Virus record (IMG/VR): IMGVR_UViG_3300009502_000047
Location: 2,241 to 66,240 of that record
Direction: 5' to 3' (one strand)
DNA: 64,000 bases
Source: a virus
Taxonomy: Duplodnaviria > Caudoviricetes
The notes below the pieces were generated by a model. That model ran no database searches. It saw nothing but the letters and a program-made list of their open reading frames with translations, and was not told the DNA's origin. Made by a program: the position numbers and the translations under genes. Shown here piece by piece: positions 29,078 to 40,036 of this stretch (positions are counted from its first letter, which is position 1; each line of letters opens with the position of its first letter).

Positions 29078-29809
29078 TGTTAGCAACAGTTAGATGTAAA
29101 AAGTGCAACATAACATTTAAACTAGACATAGGTGATAAGTCACCTGATGAAGTTGTAGAAGGATGGAAGAACATAGATAGTTTCCACTGCAAAGTAGGTT
29201 GCCATGTGGAATTGAGTAGCCCAGCCAACTACTGGAACATAATTTCACTGGGAGAAGGTCATGCTCCCTCCGATGAAGAGTTCATGGAGCGGTTTAAAGG
29301 CCGTGAAACATGGACTACCGAGGAGTTTAGTCAACAGTTTAAAGATATTGGGTTCTGTGCTCCATGTGTCACAGGGACACATATCCCAACAGGAAGGAAG
29401 ATGGTGCTGGAGTTCTGTCACACTCCATCAGGAAAACGTATTTATTATGACTAAATATAGAACGTGCCGGATATGTAAATGCAGGATAAACATATCCAAA
29501 CAAAACCATTCTTATGGTATCATAGGAAGGGTTAAACACTTCTTTTGTTGGGAGTGTTCAGGTGTAAAGGCAGATGAATACCTAGATAACGGAGGTGAAT
29601 AATGGTTTGTAGATTTTACCATCACCTATCACCTGATGAGGGTGATGGAGAGACATGTGAGTATGAAGATGCTTACTGTCCAATGTATAGCGAAGAAAGA
29701 GGCCAACAGTTACTCTGTGAGGATGTAAGTGGATGGCAATGCATCAATGTTGACACAAGAGACCCCGATGATGCCTACGAGAGGTGGAGGGATGAAAGGA
29801 GTGAACACA

Positions 29810-30475
29810 ATGACTAAACAGTACAAAGTAACACTGTCCTTTGGCAGTGGTAAAATGGGAGCGTCAGATGGATCAAAGACAAAGGCCATTGGGCCTGATG
29901 GATTAATAAGATCCATCAACACCAATCCGTTATCAAATCCATTCTGTATGTATAATAGTCAGATAACCACACCATGGAATGTGTGTGGTCACTGCTATTC
30001 CATCAAAATGTGTAGACAATCACGCCAGAACTGTGTAGGTGCATGGGAGCGTAACTCCATAGCACTAAGTAATATGTCTTTGGAGGCTAAAGACTTCCAA
30101 CCTCCCAGACCAGAGGAGGATGTCATACGTATTAACAGTCATGGTGAACTGATAAACCGGCAGCATCTTCTGAACACATATGAGTTTGCCAATGCATATC
30201 CCAATGTGTTGGTGGTGTTGTGGACAAAGAGGGCCAATCTTTTACTGGGGACAATCCAACCCCCAGAGAACTATAGAATAATCTATAGTAACCCTAGCCT
30301 TGATCATGTGAGACATAGACCCCCAATAGAAACAGGTATAATAAATGGGATATTTAATGTGGTTACTAATCACAATGACCCAGAGATAAACTGCATTGGG
30401 AAATGTAGAGCATGTATGCGATGTTACCAATGGGATGAGATGCCCGGTGTGATAATAGAAGGGATGAAGAAATAA
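29810..30475 (+). CDS. Cys-rich Gp88-like / radical-SAM-like protein
   Basis: C...CxxCY, IRINSHGE, WTKR and C-terminal CxxxCxxCxxC; GGAGTG RBS. Confidence 0.5.
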   Translation: MTKQYKVTLSFGSGKMGASDGSKTKAIGPDGLIRSINTNPLSNPFCMYNSQITTPWNVCGHCYSIKMCRQSRQNCVGAWERNSIALSNMSLEAKDFQPPRPEEDVIRINSHGELINRQHLLNTYEFANAYPNVLVVLWTKRANLLLGTIQPPENYRIIYSNPSLDHVRHRPPIETGIINGIFNVVTNHNDPEINCIGKCRACMRCYQWDEMPGVIIEGMKK

Positions 30476-31077
30476 TTAATCATCCCTTCCTCCTATATTC
30501 TGGCCCTGATAGCCATTGCTATGGTTGTCAGGCGATTAACGGAGGAACAAAAAATGGTAGCAAACACAACCACCAACAACATGGTACAGAATCTGAACAA
30601 CATCCTGAATCAGATCAAATACATGGATGAACAGTTATTAAAGTTCAGTGTACTCTATGCAAATACACCTATTGAACAGGATGTAGCCATGAAGATGGCG
30701 ATGTTCGAGATGCAGATTAACCAACTATCAGCCAAGGCTGATGGGTTAATCAACCATATATCCAAATATACATACAATTACCGCATGTGAGCGGTAACTC
30801 ACTCAAATTTTTAAGGTGATTACAATGAAACTAAAAATATATTTTGACGATAAGACATCTGTTGAGTACTATTGTATACAGTCGATGTATCATGACAACA
30901 TCAATGACATCTCCCTATTCTACTTGGAAGATGGTAGTGATTTATTCTATCATGATGGTGACAAGAAGATAACAGTGTATAACGATGGAATGAGCATAAA
31001 CAGTATACCATCCCTCATCTACAAAAATATTCGATCCATCTCACTATACTAATCTTTTTATCACCACACAATAACAG

Positions 31078-31262
31078 TGGGTCATACCATTGTCATTGCA
31101 TAACCCAGCGTGCAGGGTGAATTGCACTTGGCAATCATAGCACGAAAAGTACGAGATTGCCGTTGGGTAATTCCAGCAATATGCCCTTAAGTTGGGACTC
31201 CTTATCGCCCCTATAATACATGGCCTACCATTAAGCGCCATGCCCCAACCTAACATATTAGG
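31078..31262. ncRNA. Candidate structured RNA at a convergent junction
   Basis: Run of adjacent and nested stems in a non-coding gap. Confidence 0.35.
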
Positions 31263-31383
31263 CGCCAATTAAAACACGAGGCCCAAATAGCAGTTAGACT
31301 AATTCAGCAAAACCCACATACAAATAATAAGCCAATTTTCATTAAGCGAAAAAATTATATTAAATCAGTTATACTTTAATCAA

Positions 31384-31968
31384 CTAGACACTATCTATGC
31401 CACGCTGCACTATCTCTATGGCTATATCCTTAACAGCCACGGGTTTATACCTGCCATCCTCAAAAACCAGCAAATTATCCTTATTAACTATCACCCGCAT
31501 CATCTTCATTAGGCCCACATGTATAGCAAAATGCTGCTCTATATCCCTACAGACATATACATTAGCCTCATCTGTATTAGACGGATCACAATCAATATAA
31601 TGTCGCCTAAATGCCATTGGATCAACTAACATCAAGTCCTTCACATAGTCCAAAATATCATTAATCGGCCTACTAAACAGCACCTGTAACTCAAAGATAT
31701 CCTTCGTAATAAACCATTCAGGCAATAATTGACGCTCTTCGGAGCTCCAAACTGACATGTCCCTCTTTGGTGTCTTCTGTGACGTAGTACCCCACCTACT
31801 ACTTATCAAAGGTGTCCGCATAATAACAGAAGGCTCTCCTTTTCGCTTTAAATTCTGAACGGCCCTATATACCTGCCTCGTTGACACTTTCATAGCCTCT
31901 GCCATCTCCTGCGCGGTCTGCTTTCCATACATATTTATCACATAACCCTCTAACTCCGTACAACGCAT
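31384..31968 (-). CDS. HTH DNA-binding protein (regulator)
   Basis: TAQEMAEAMKVSTRQVYRAVQNLKRKG; upstream BRE-TATA AAAAGG-TTAAATA at about 31990-32003. Confidence 0.7.
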   Translation of the reverse strand: MRCTELEGYVINMYGKQTAQEMAEAMKVSTRQVYRAVQNLKRKGEPSVIMRTPLISSRWGTTSQKTPKRDMSVWSSEERQLLPEWFITKDIFELQVLFSRPINDILDYVKDLMLVDPMAFRRHYIDCDPSNTDEANVYVCRDIEQHFAIHVGLMKMMRVIVNKDNLLVFEDGRYKPVAVKDIAIEIVQRGIDSV

Positions 31969-32102
31969 ATTTATCTATTTAAGCCCCAAATATTTAACCT
32001 TTTTCTACATGTGACATACCACTACAGGCCATCTATGACCATACTGCACCCTGCTCAAATCGAGTTCATAAATTAGCCTCTGATTGTCCATTAAATGGCG
32101 TA

Positions 32103-32226
32103 AATCGTTCTGAATACATGCGACATGCATTCTAAGGCCGTAGGAGGCTGCGCGTTTTTTTGGGCATTTTAATCAATTTTTTTTCCCTTAAACGGATTTT
32201 AATCGCTCTGAATACATGCGACATGC
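32103..32226. repeat. 26-bp direct repeat pair in a ~1 kb non-coding region
   Basis: aatcgYtctgaatacatgcgacatgc at 32103-32128 and 32201-32226, one mismatch. Confidence 0.85.
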
Positions 32227-32696
32227 GTGTAAAAATCGAAATGCTCGTTTTTTGCTTAGATGGAATCGGGGTTCAGAATGGACTCCGATTGACTTTTGCA
32301 GCAAAACGAACATATAAATAATACGATTAGCGTCCATGTTTCGAGCATATAAAGATTTCACATTTTATTAAAAAAAACTCTCACATAACGACATTTTTAG
32401 AAGGGGGTCAAGGTTTAGGGTCTTGACCATGTAAAAATACACCCACCACAAAAATATGTAATTCTAAGACAAAAGGTAATAAATCACGAAACACCTTGTT
32501 GTAGAGATATCTTCCCAACACTATATAAAACCACCCCTTCAATCTCCCCGTATCATCCCCCAAATTTAATCCCCCCATTACCTACACAACAACCCTTAAG
32601 TATCACTCCCAAAAACTTCCAAACAACGCTGCGCTCATTTCCCAATAAGCCAACTTTTACAGCCAAATTACCTTTACTTTCTTTACAATCTTAACA

Positions 32697-32706
32697 ACCT
32701 TTATAT
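32697..32706 (+). promoter_or_regulatory. TATA box of rightward operon 2 (ACCTTTATAT)
   Basis: Identical 10-mer at 43041-43050. Confidence 0.6.
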
Positions 32707-32729
32707 GCTGATAAACCAACCTATTATAG

Positions 32730-32966
32730 TGCAACGGATGTGGAATTACCCATCCACCGCATGTGGCCGTTTACCCGAGCAATCGCTTGCGATTGTGAGA
32801 TCCCACTAAATCACCAGCATAATCTGAAGTGAGTTCCATCCAAGATAGAGTAAGTACTCGGTTTTATTTCATAAAACCTCAAACAGGGTACATATGCAGG
32901 CCAGTGGGTGGAATGATGTAAGCGGGTCTGTTTACCTCAAATAACGCAATTTACTACGTAAATTGC
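32730..32966 (+). ncRNA. Candidate structured RNA / 5' leader
   Basis: Multiple nested stems directly after the TATA box. Confidence 0.4.
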
Positions 32967-33454
32967 TTAACTAATCTCAAACCCTATTTAGACTAAAATT
33001 GAAGAGATTTAACATGACTACTAAAATAGCCTACGTTAAGACCTACATAGATTGCTGTGATACACGGTGCCCTCACTTCCAGCGGATACGTGGCGACCCA
33101 GCAGTATACGGTCATTGTGCCAGATTTTTAACCCACAAGCCCGTAACAATGTCAGAAATCGCAGACAAACCATTCCCTGACTTCTGTCAACTAGAAGACT
33201 TTTGACATCCTATGACTAAAGAACTCCGTGTAGACGTTAAATACGTCACAGTGAGCGATGCAACAAGCGATGTCCAAACATCTCTATTACACCGCCCAAT
33301 CACTATCAAAGTGACCAACAACAATGGCAAGTGGACTCAATTCATAGAGTGCCCTAACTCCCTTGTAATGTATAAATGTGATGAAGTAGTAATCGATGAA
33401 AACCCTGACATGGTAATTGTCCTAGTTAAACTAGCAGAGGAGTAAGATAAAATC

Positions 33455-34333
33455 ATGACAAACGCAGCACCAAGAATGAACTTAAACCCCAAGAATCTAA
33501 ACAGCAGACAACCCCGTTACACCCTCGAACAAATCAGTCACTATACCAACTACCTTGACACAGCCCACAGTGAACCCCTTTATCGAGCACTAAACAATCC
33601 CACACCCTTTAACTGTGTAGTCAACGACCATACCAACGAGGCCGTCTGTACCACCTCCCAGATGTATAGCATCATCCAGCACAAACAAGCCATAGATACC
33701 GTTCTCCTTGGCCTCCAAGGTGAAGGAATCGAAGCCAAAGGTATCATCAAAGACTATGGCAATGTCGCAGTCCTTGAACTCCTCTTTGACAACGCTGTCA
33801 AAGCCAACGACAACCAGCCAGTCACCATGGGTATCCGCTTCGTTAATTCCTTTAACAAGTCCACAGGCTTCTCCGGTGGTGCTTATGCATGGAGACAAAT
33901 TTGTAGCAACGGTATGCACGCCATGGCCCTGCTCCGTAACACTAACATCTACTTCAAGCACATCGGCGAGGCAGAACTACGTATGGAGAAAGCCATCGGT
34001 AAATTTATGAACAACTTGACCCGCAACGAGGAACTCCTAGTTTCCTTCATCAACACTGCCCTCGATACCCCTGTTCGCTTCAAGGACAACGCCGAGAAAA
34101 TAGCCACCATCGCAGCCTATGTCGGAAGCGAACGCCGGGCTAAATCCGTTATCGAAGTCACAGGCATACCTAACGACACCGATGTCTACAGCCTTTACAA
34201 CGCCATAACCGACTACGCAAGTCACCAAGAAATGTCCTACAGTATGGTCAATACCTTGCAACAGGGTGCTCAACACCTACTTTCCAATGCCCGTGACTTC
34301 TCCGTAATCGAAGCAGTCCCAGTGTCCACCTAA
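33455..34333 (+). CDS. DUF932-family protein
   Basis: NSFNKSTGF...WRQICSNG and C-terminal YSLYNAITDYASH. Confidence 0.75.
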   Translation: MTNAAPRMNLNPKNLNSRQPRYTLEQISHYTNYLDTAHSEPLYRALNNPTPFNCVVNDHTNEAVCTTSQMYSIIQHKQAIDTVLLGLQGEGIEAKGIIKDYGNVAVLELLFDNAVKANDNQPVTMGIRFVNSFNKSTGFSGGAYAWRQICSNGMHAMALLRNTNIYFKHIGEAELRMEKAIGKFMNNLTRNEELLVSFINTALDTPVRFKDNAEKIATIAAYVGSERRAKSVIEVTGIPNDTDVYSLYNAITDYASHQEMSYSMVNTLQQGAQHLLSNARDFSVIEAVPVST

Positions 34334-35125
34334 ACAGAGGTTAAACAGAATGATGAACATACCACCCACCCAACAATTTTCAGCCATAGGCAAAGGTGTC
34401 AAACTCGCATGGCTTATCACCATGTCCGCAGTTTCTAAAGAAACTGCTCAATTTAAAAAAATTGTAGTAGTAGCAAACAACCTCCGAGAAATCGTCAACC
34501 ACTATGATGACGTAATCGAAGCCCAATGTCTGGGAGAAGGAGAGTACCTCCTCAGTACCGGAGAAGTGACTTTAATATGACCAATATGACCAACGAAACA
34601 CCATTCCCCAAGTACCTACTGATAGAACGTCTAACCAACGAAGATAACAGCAACAGCCCTGATATAATCGAGATGGTCAACGACTTCGATACCGCCATCA
34701 CCAACATGATTTGGTATAACAGCAGGGGACGTGACATCGAAATCTATACCCTGATGGACAAGCTCGGTGTTGGATGGTGCAAGAAGGGGGCCAGTGCCTG
34801 TCCCCCATCGCCCCCCGCGCCCTCCTCGATTGAAAACAAAAGGGCTGTACTACCAGCTTATGGCCCTTACATGAAAGGAAAGACGACCATACAAACATGA
34901 CAGTATCATACAAAGGAGAACAACCATGATTGACAAAGAAGGAACCCTGAAACAACAAATTTACAGATGTGTAGCTTGTTTAGAAAGAATATGCACATTG
35001 ACTACAGACATACATCCCATATGTTGTCCAAATATACCCGGAAGAACCACAAATTGGGTAAAACTTACCCAGCCACCAAACAGAGACACAGTTGCCAGAA
35101 TAGTTGATAAAATTATGGAGGAACT

Positions 35126-35407
35126 ATGATAACCTGCTTGAACTGCGGTAACGACATCTTTTATGACCAATGTGATGACACAGCCTACATTGATGACGAT
35201 GAGGACACCTTTTGTTCACCTGAATGTGCCCTTGAAGCACATGGACACGACCTTCACCTAACCTGTGAAAAATGTAACACCGAAGTAGTCATTCCATGTA
35301 GCATCGAAGGTAAAATTCTCTGTCGTAAATGTGCCCTGAAATCACTCAAAATCAGGAGACTGACAGAGGACAAATATGATGAACTATGCCCAGACAACGG
35401 AGACTAA
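35126..35407 (+). CDS. Double zinc-finger protein
   Basis: CxxC...FCSPEC, CxxC...CxxC; similar layout to 37175..37453. Confidence 0.65.
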   Translation: MITCLNCGNDIFYDQCDDTAYIDDDEDTFCSPECALEAHGHDLHLTCEKCNTEVVIPCSIEGKILCRKCALKSLKIRRLTEDKYDELCPDNGD

Positions 35408-37174
35408 CCATGAAAGTAGAATTTCTGAATGAATCAGGTACTGATATATACAGTGTAACATGTGTAACCAAATACATACCTGAAAGCCGTGTCAACCACC
35501 CGGCCTTCAACACAATTGAAAAGGAATTCGTCTTTAACAAAAAAGATAAAGCAGTTTATATCTTCAATCAGGGTGCTAAAACTCACAACAATGTTATTGA
35601 GGATGTCCATTCTTTCAAACTAACCAATAACCCAGTCATGAAAGCAGAAGTATATGCACATGATAAACTGGACAAGCCAGCATTCATGATTTATGACATC
35701 ACTCGAATACGAACCTTTGCAACGGTCACAGTCTACGACACCGACCGTGGTGATGTATTCACCTACACTCCATCCCTGAAACGACTATTCAGGTCATCTA
35801 CGACTCATGACAGTGTCAGTAACTACCTATTTGAAGAAAAGATAGACTGCATAGAAGTTGATGCCCATGATTCTTGACCTGCACATAGTTCCATGGGTAC
35901 ATTGCCCAGTCCAAACCTGTGGAATGACCATCAAATTCTGCAAGATGTGCAAATATCACATAGGTATCGTAGACAACATAGTAAAATGCAGGGTTCTCGA
36001 ATCCTACAAGGATGCACCATGACCAATACCTTTGACATCATCCCATGGGTTAACTGTCCCATAATGATAGGAGGCTGTATCCTTTCCATGTGCAAGAAGT
36101 GTAAGTACCACATTAAATTACTGAATGACCAAGTGCAGTGTAATGCCTTGGATGACTACCATGACAACATACTGTGACATTTGTGGAGATGAAAGACACC
36201 ATGACAATCTACTCACCATTTGGCTTTCCAGTGGACATCATCCGCGTAACAAGCCATTGCAATGTACGAGTCCAGTTTCAGGATGGCTCGAAGAAAGACT
36301 ACCATATCGCTGAACTCAAAGCCGATGGCGGTTACATAGAGGTCAGAAAAGCCATAGAAAGCGTAGCACACAAAAACCGAATGGCACCGCCGCAGGAATA
36401 CTTATCTGATTGTCAAGTAAAGGCACTCCGGGCCATCATTTATGATGGTGCCTATCCAGTAGCATGGATACGTCGTAGTGACCTAGCTAAAATCTATGGC
36501 TATAAAAACATGCATCCTGATGTCCAGAAAGCCATAGGAAAGATAGCCGACAACTTTGAAGTCTTCGTAGAGCAACTATCAAAATACATGAACTCGGCTC
36601 TCGATGAACACGTAACCTATCTAATTAACCAAGAGGCTAAACAATGAACTGTCCATTTTTTTACACAGCCCAAGACAATGGTGACTCCTATGGTTGTGAC
36701 ATAGATTACTGTCCCTTCTACAAGCAAAAATATCATGAGATGATAAAGCGAGAGAAGTGCGAATCAGTAGAAAAATCACCTATAGGTAAGAAAATCGAAA
36801 AATTATCTGAAGTCATCCATGGACAAGACCTGATGTATTACATATCAGTGTCCAACCACGAAATGTACAAACAAATAATGGAATATGCCCGATGGCAACT
36901 AAAACAACAGGAGTTAGCAACATGACTGAACCAAACATGATAACACCACTAAACATACTGGCAACCTACATGAAAATGATAGGTTCAGAACCGAAAAACG
37001 TAGATCAGAAAGATTTAATATCACTAATGAGAATACCAAACGATCAACTACTCATCCTAGAAAGCCAAATGAAAGAGGAATGCCTCGTAACCATGCAGAA
37101 GGTAACAGAGAGATTCATCAAAAACTACCTTCTAACAATAAACTCACCATTAACAGTCAACTGGGAGGCCAGAG

Positions 37175-37453
37175 ATGTCAACTCAACACACATGCAGTAA
37201 GTGTAATCACGAAGTTGTAGCCCTCTACAGCCCCATCACAGAAAAATACTACTGCAGCACTGACTGCTGGATTGATGACAGCAATCGAATCGAACACCTT
37301 GAAGCCATCTACTGCAACGACTGTGAAACCGAACTCATCACACAGAACGGCGAAGTCTTCTACGATATTAACAGAAAGAGAATCCTCTGCAAGACCTGTG
37401 CCATGACCTACGATCATCTTGAACCTTTCTACGGCGATGACGATGAGGACTGA
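37175..37453 (+). CDS. Double zinc-finger protein
   Basis: CxxC...YCSTDC, CxxC...ILCKTCA. Confidence 0.65.
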   Translation: MSTQHTCSKCNHEVVALYSPITEKYYCSTDCWIDDSNRIEHLEAIYCNDCETELITQNGEVFYDINRKRILCKTCAMTYDHLEPFYGDDDED

Positions 37454-39018
37454 ACAAGAAATCCAAGAGGCACTGATCCAGATGCAAAACACACCACCAC
37501 CCATGCAACCCTACTGCGAACAGTACATCTATATGGGAGTCATCAGGGCACTAGACTGGGTACTCAACGACAAAAGCAAAGAAAATATTGAATGGATGTA
37601 ACTTAAAATGACAACCAACTTTGTATGTCCCTATAACAACTGGAAGGCTAAAAAATGACCCTGATATCTTGCAGTGCATGTGGATGTGATTACATCTACA
37701 AGAAAAGCAACTTCAAATACACCTTAACAATCAAGGTCAAGACCTGTATGAAAGACCTGGAAACCCGACCCACAATCAAAAAGGTATTTTGCTCCCAGCG
37801 ATGTTTAAATGCCTACTTATCCAAATACCTCGAAGAATACCACAAGTACCTATTAACAGAGGCCCAAATATGATTGAATATAGATGTGATAACTGTGGTA
37901 TTGTCATGGAAGAAGGTAGCATAGTCCACCAGTTTGTAATCTTTTACCACAAAATGCAGCCTGAAGAAGTGCTCTGTGGGCATTGCTTTGACGAAAACTG
38001 GCGTGATGCCAGCGATGAGGATTAACCATGGAACTAAAAGGTTTAGGCAAGGGTGCCTTCATCCAAATCCTATCTTATATCCATGGCCCAGTTATCAACA
38101 AGGTCGAGAGATTACCCGATAGGTCTATCATCACCCACTACTACAAAGACAGCCAACGGATAGCCACCTTCCGTGACAGGTTCAAAAGTGGCTTCATTGA
38201 AGATGTTAACCAAGAGGTAAGTAACAGCATGACATTAAACAACAACATCTATGTATCTGAATACGAAATTCTGAACTCCATCTACAGCATCAAAAAAGTA
38301 GATAACAACTGGATTCTATTCAACAAGCTAACCAACAGACCATATTCACCACCATCCATGTTCTCTACCCCTGACCTAGCCTACTCCTATTACCTCAATC
38401 ACTTACGGAGTGACAGCATATGATAGGTGAAAGAATGACACTGATTGACGGACGAGCATGGAAATGTGACCAATGTGGTGATGGTGTCTACTGTTATCTA
38501 ATCTATGATTTTAGCAGAGTTAAGCCATCATATTGCCCAGTCGATGGAGAAGACAATGAACCTTGCTGGGAGTGTTTAGACTAATGATATTAACCATTGT
38601 CTACAAGAGTGGAATTGAAATAAATATTCCCGAAGTAACACACTGTATGTACGATGCTCAAACAGGTTACTGTCATTATTCCTTCATATCAAACGATAGA
38701 GTAGAACGAAGGATGACCATTGAGCATGAACAAGTCTTTGAAGGTAACATCTTAATTAACGAAAGCAGAATTGCAAAGGTGATAGTCAATGACTAAATTA
38801 AAAGAGTTAGTTGACCTTGAAACCGCGATTAAAACGAAATTGAGCGTTGATGTAAATAAGCTGATTCCTTGTGATGCTTGTGCCGGGTGTAATTTCTTTA
38901 TGGTTGGAAAAAAGGACTGTTGTCTGGTTGTAGAATTAAGGAGAATATGCAACGGGTAGAAAATTATCTAAATTAATGTGTATAGATTGTTTTAAAAGCA
39001 TCTATATACGGAGAGAAG

Positions 39019-39390
39019 ATGATGACTGAAGAATTGATTGTTGCAATAATAATCCAAAAAGACCTTGGCATGTCCTGTGGGAAGATTGGCGTTCAATGTG
39101 CTCACGGATTATCTAATATGTTCATGAACTACGAAGAAGCCGGTATCATGATTAGAACTTTAAACGATTGGTATTTTAATCATGATCAGAAAAAGATTGT
39201 TCTTAAAGTTCAAGATAAAAGTACTTTACATGCAGTCGAAAGTGAACTGGAGTATAATGAGATAGCATTTGAGCAGATATACGATTTGGGTCTCACTCAA
39301 CTAGATGGTGAAACCCTTACAGGCATCTGTACATATCCAGTGGATAAAATTATCTTGGAACCATTTATCAAAGGACTGAAGTTATTATGA
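39019..39390 (+). CDS. pth2: Peptidyl-tRNA hydrolase, Pth2 type
   Basis: DLGMSCGKIGVQCAHG, QKKIVLK, IYDLGLTQ, ends LKLL. Confidence 0.9.
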   Translation: MMTEELIVAIIIQKDLGMSCGKIGVQCAHGLSNMFMNYEEAGIMIRTLNDWYFNHDQKKIVLKVQDKSTLHAVESELEYNEIAFEQIYDLGLTQLDGETLTGICTYPVDKIILEPFIKGLKLL

Positions 39391-39524
39391 AAAGTGAACA
39401 GGAAATTCGAGAAAGACTATTTCGCTATAAAGAGATGGAAAAGCAGGATATTATTGGACTTGTTTCAATTGGTTTAATGGAATTAGAGTGGGTATTAGAA
39501 GAAGAACAAGGGGAACTAATATGA
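39387..39524 (+). CDS. Small protein, MKxxxEI...LxWVL family
   Basis: Read manually: MKSEQEIRERLFRYKEMEKQDIIGLVSIGLMELEWVLEEEQGELI. Confidence 0.65.
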   Translation: MKSEQEIRERLFRYKEMEKQDIIGLVSIGLMELEWVLEEEQGELI

Positions 39525-39892
39525 AAAGTGAACAGGAAATAACCAAGTTAACATTATGCATTGACTTTGATGGTGTCATCCATAGTTATTCCAAAGGATG
39601 GCAAGACGGAAGCATCTATGATGCACCAGTACCCGGTGCTTTAGATTTCATCAAAGAAGCCTTAAAACATTTCAAAGTGGTCATCTATAGCACCAGAGCA
39701 TCAACACAATCAGGACAACTCGACATCCTAAATTACTTAATTGACCATAAATTTCCAACCAACACCCTAGAGATAACAGACAAAAAGCCAATAGCCTTCT
39801 TAACCATTGATGACAGAGCCATCTTATTCACTGGTAAATTCCCATCCATACAAGAGATTATTGACTTCAAAACATGGAATGCATCATCATGA
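39521..39892 (+). CDS. HAD-superfamily phosphatase
   Basis: CIDFDGVIH (DxD), YSTR, KP...IDDRA. Confidence 0.85.
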   Translation: MKSEQEITKLTLCIDFDGVIHSYSKGWQDGSIYDAPVPGALDFIKEALKHFKVVIYSTRASTQSGQLDILNYLIDHKFPTNTLEITDKKPIAFLTIDDRAILFTGKFPSIQEIIDFKTWNASS

Positions 39893-39895
39893 CAC

Positions 39896-40036
39896 ATGAA
39901 AACTAAAGAAGAGATTAAGCAGAGACTTGCATATTGTAAGGAAAATGAACCTGCCTTTATGAATAGACCTGAAAGATATTTTCGAGGATATATTGATGCT
40001 TTAACATGGATAATAGAAGAGGAACAGGGGAATTAA
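39896..40036 (+). CDS. Small protein, MKxxxEI...LxWVL family
   Basis: Read manually: MKTKEEIKQRLAYCKE...GYIDALTWIIEEEQGN. Confidence 0.65.
   Translation: MKTKEEIKQRLAYCKENEPAFMNRPERYFRGYIDALTWIIEEEQGN

Noticed and set aside
26240-33000. Intergenic repeats as a mini-CRISPR array
   Set aside because: Only two 26-bp copies 98 bp apart plus scattered palindromes; no regular repeat-spacer period
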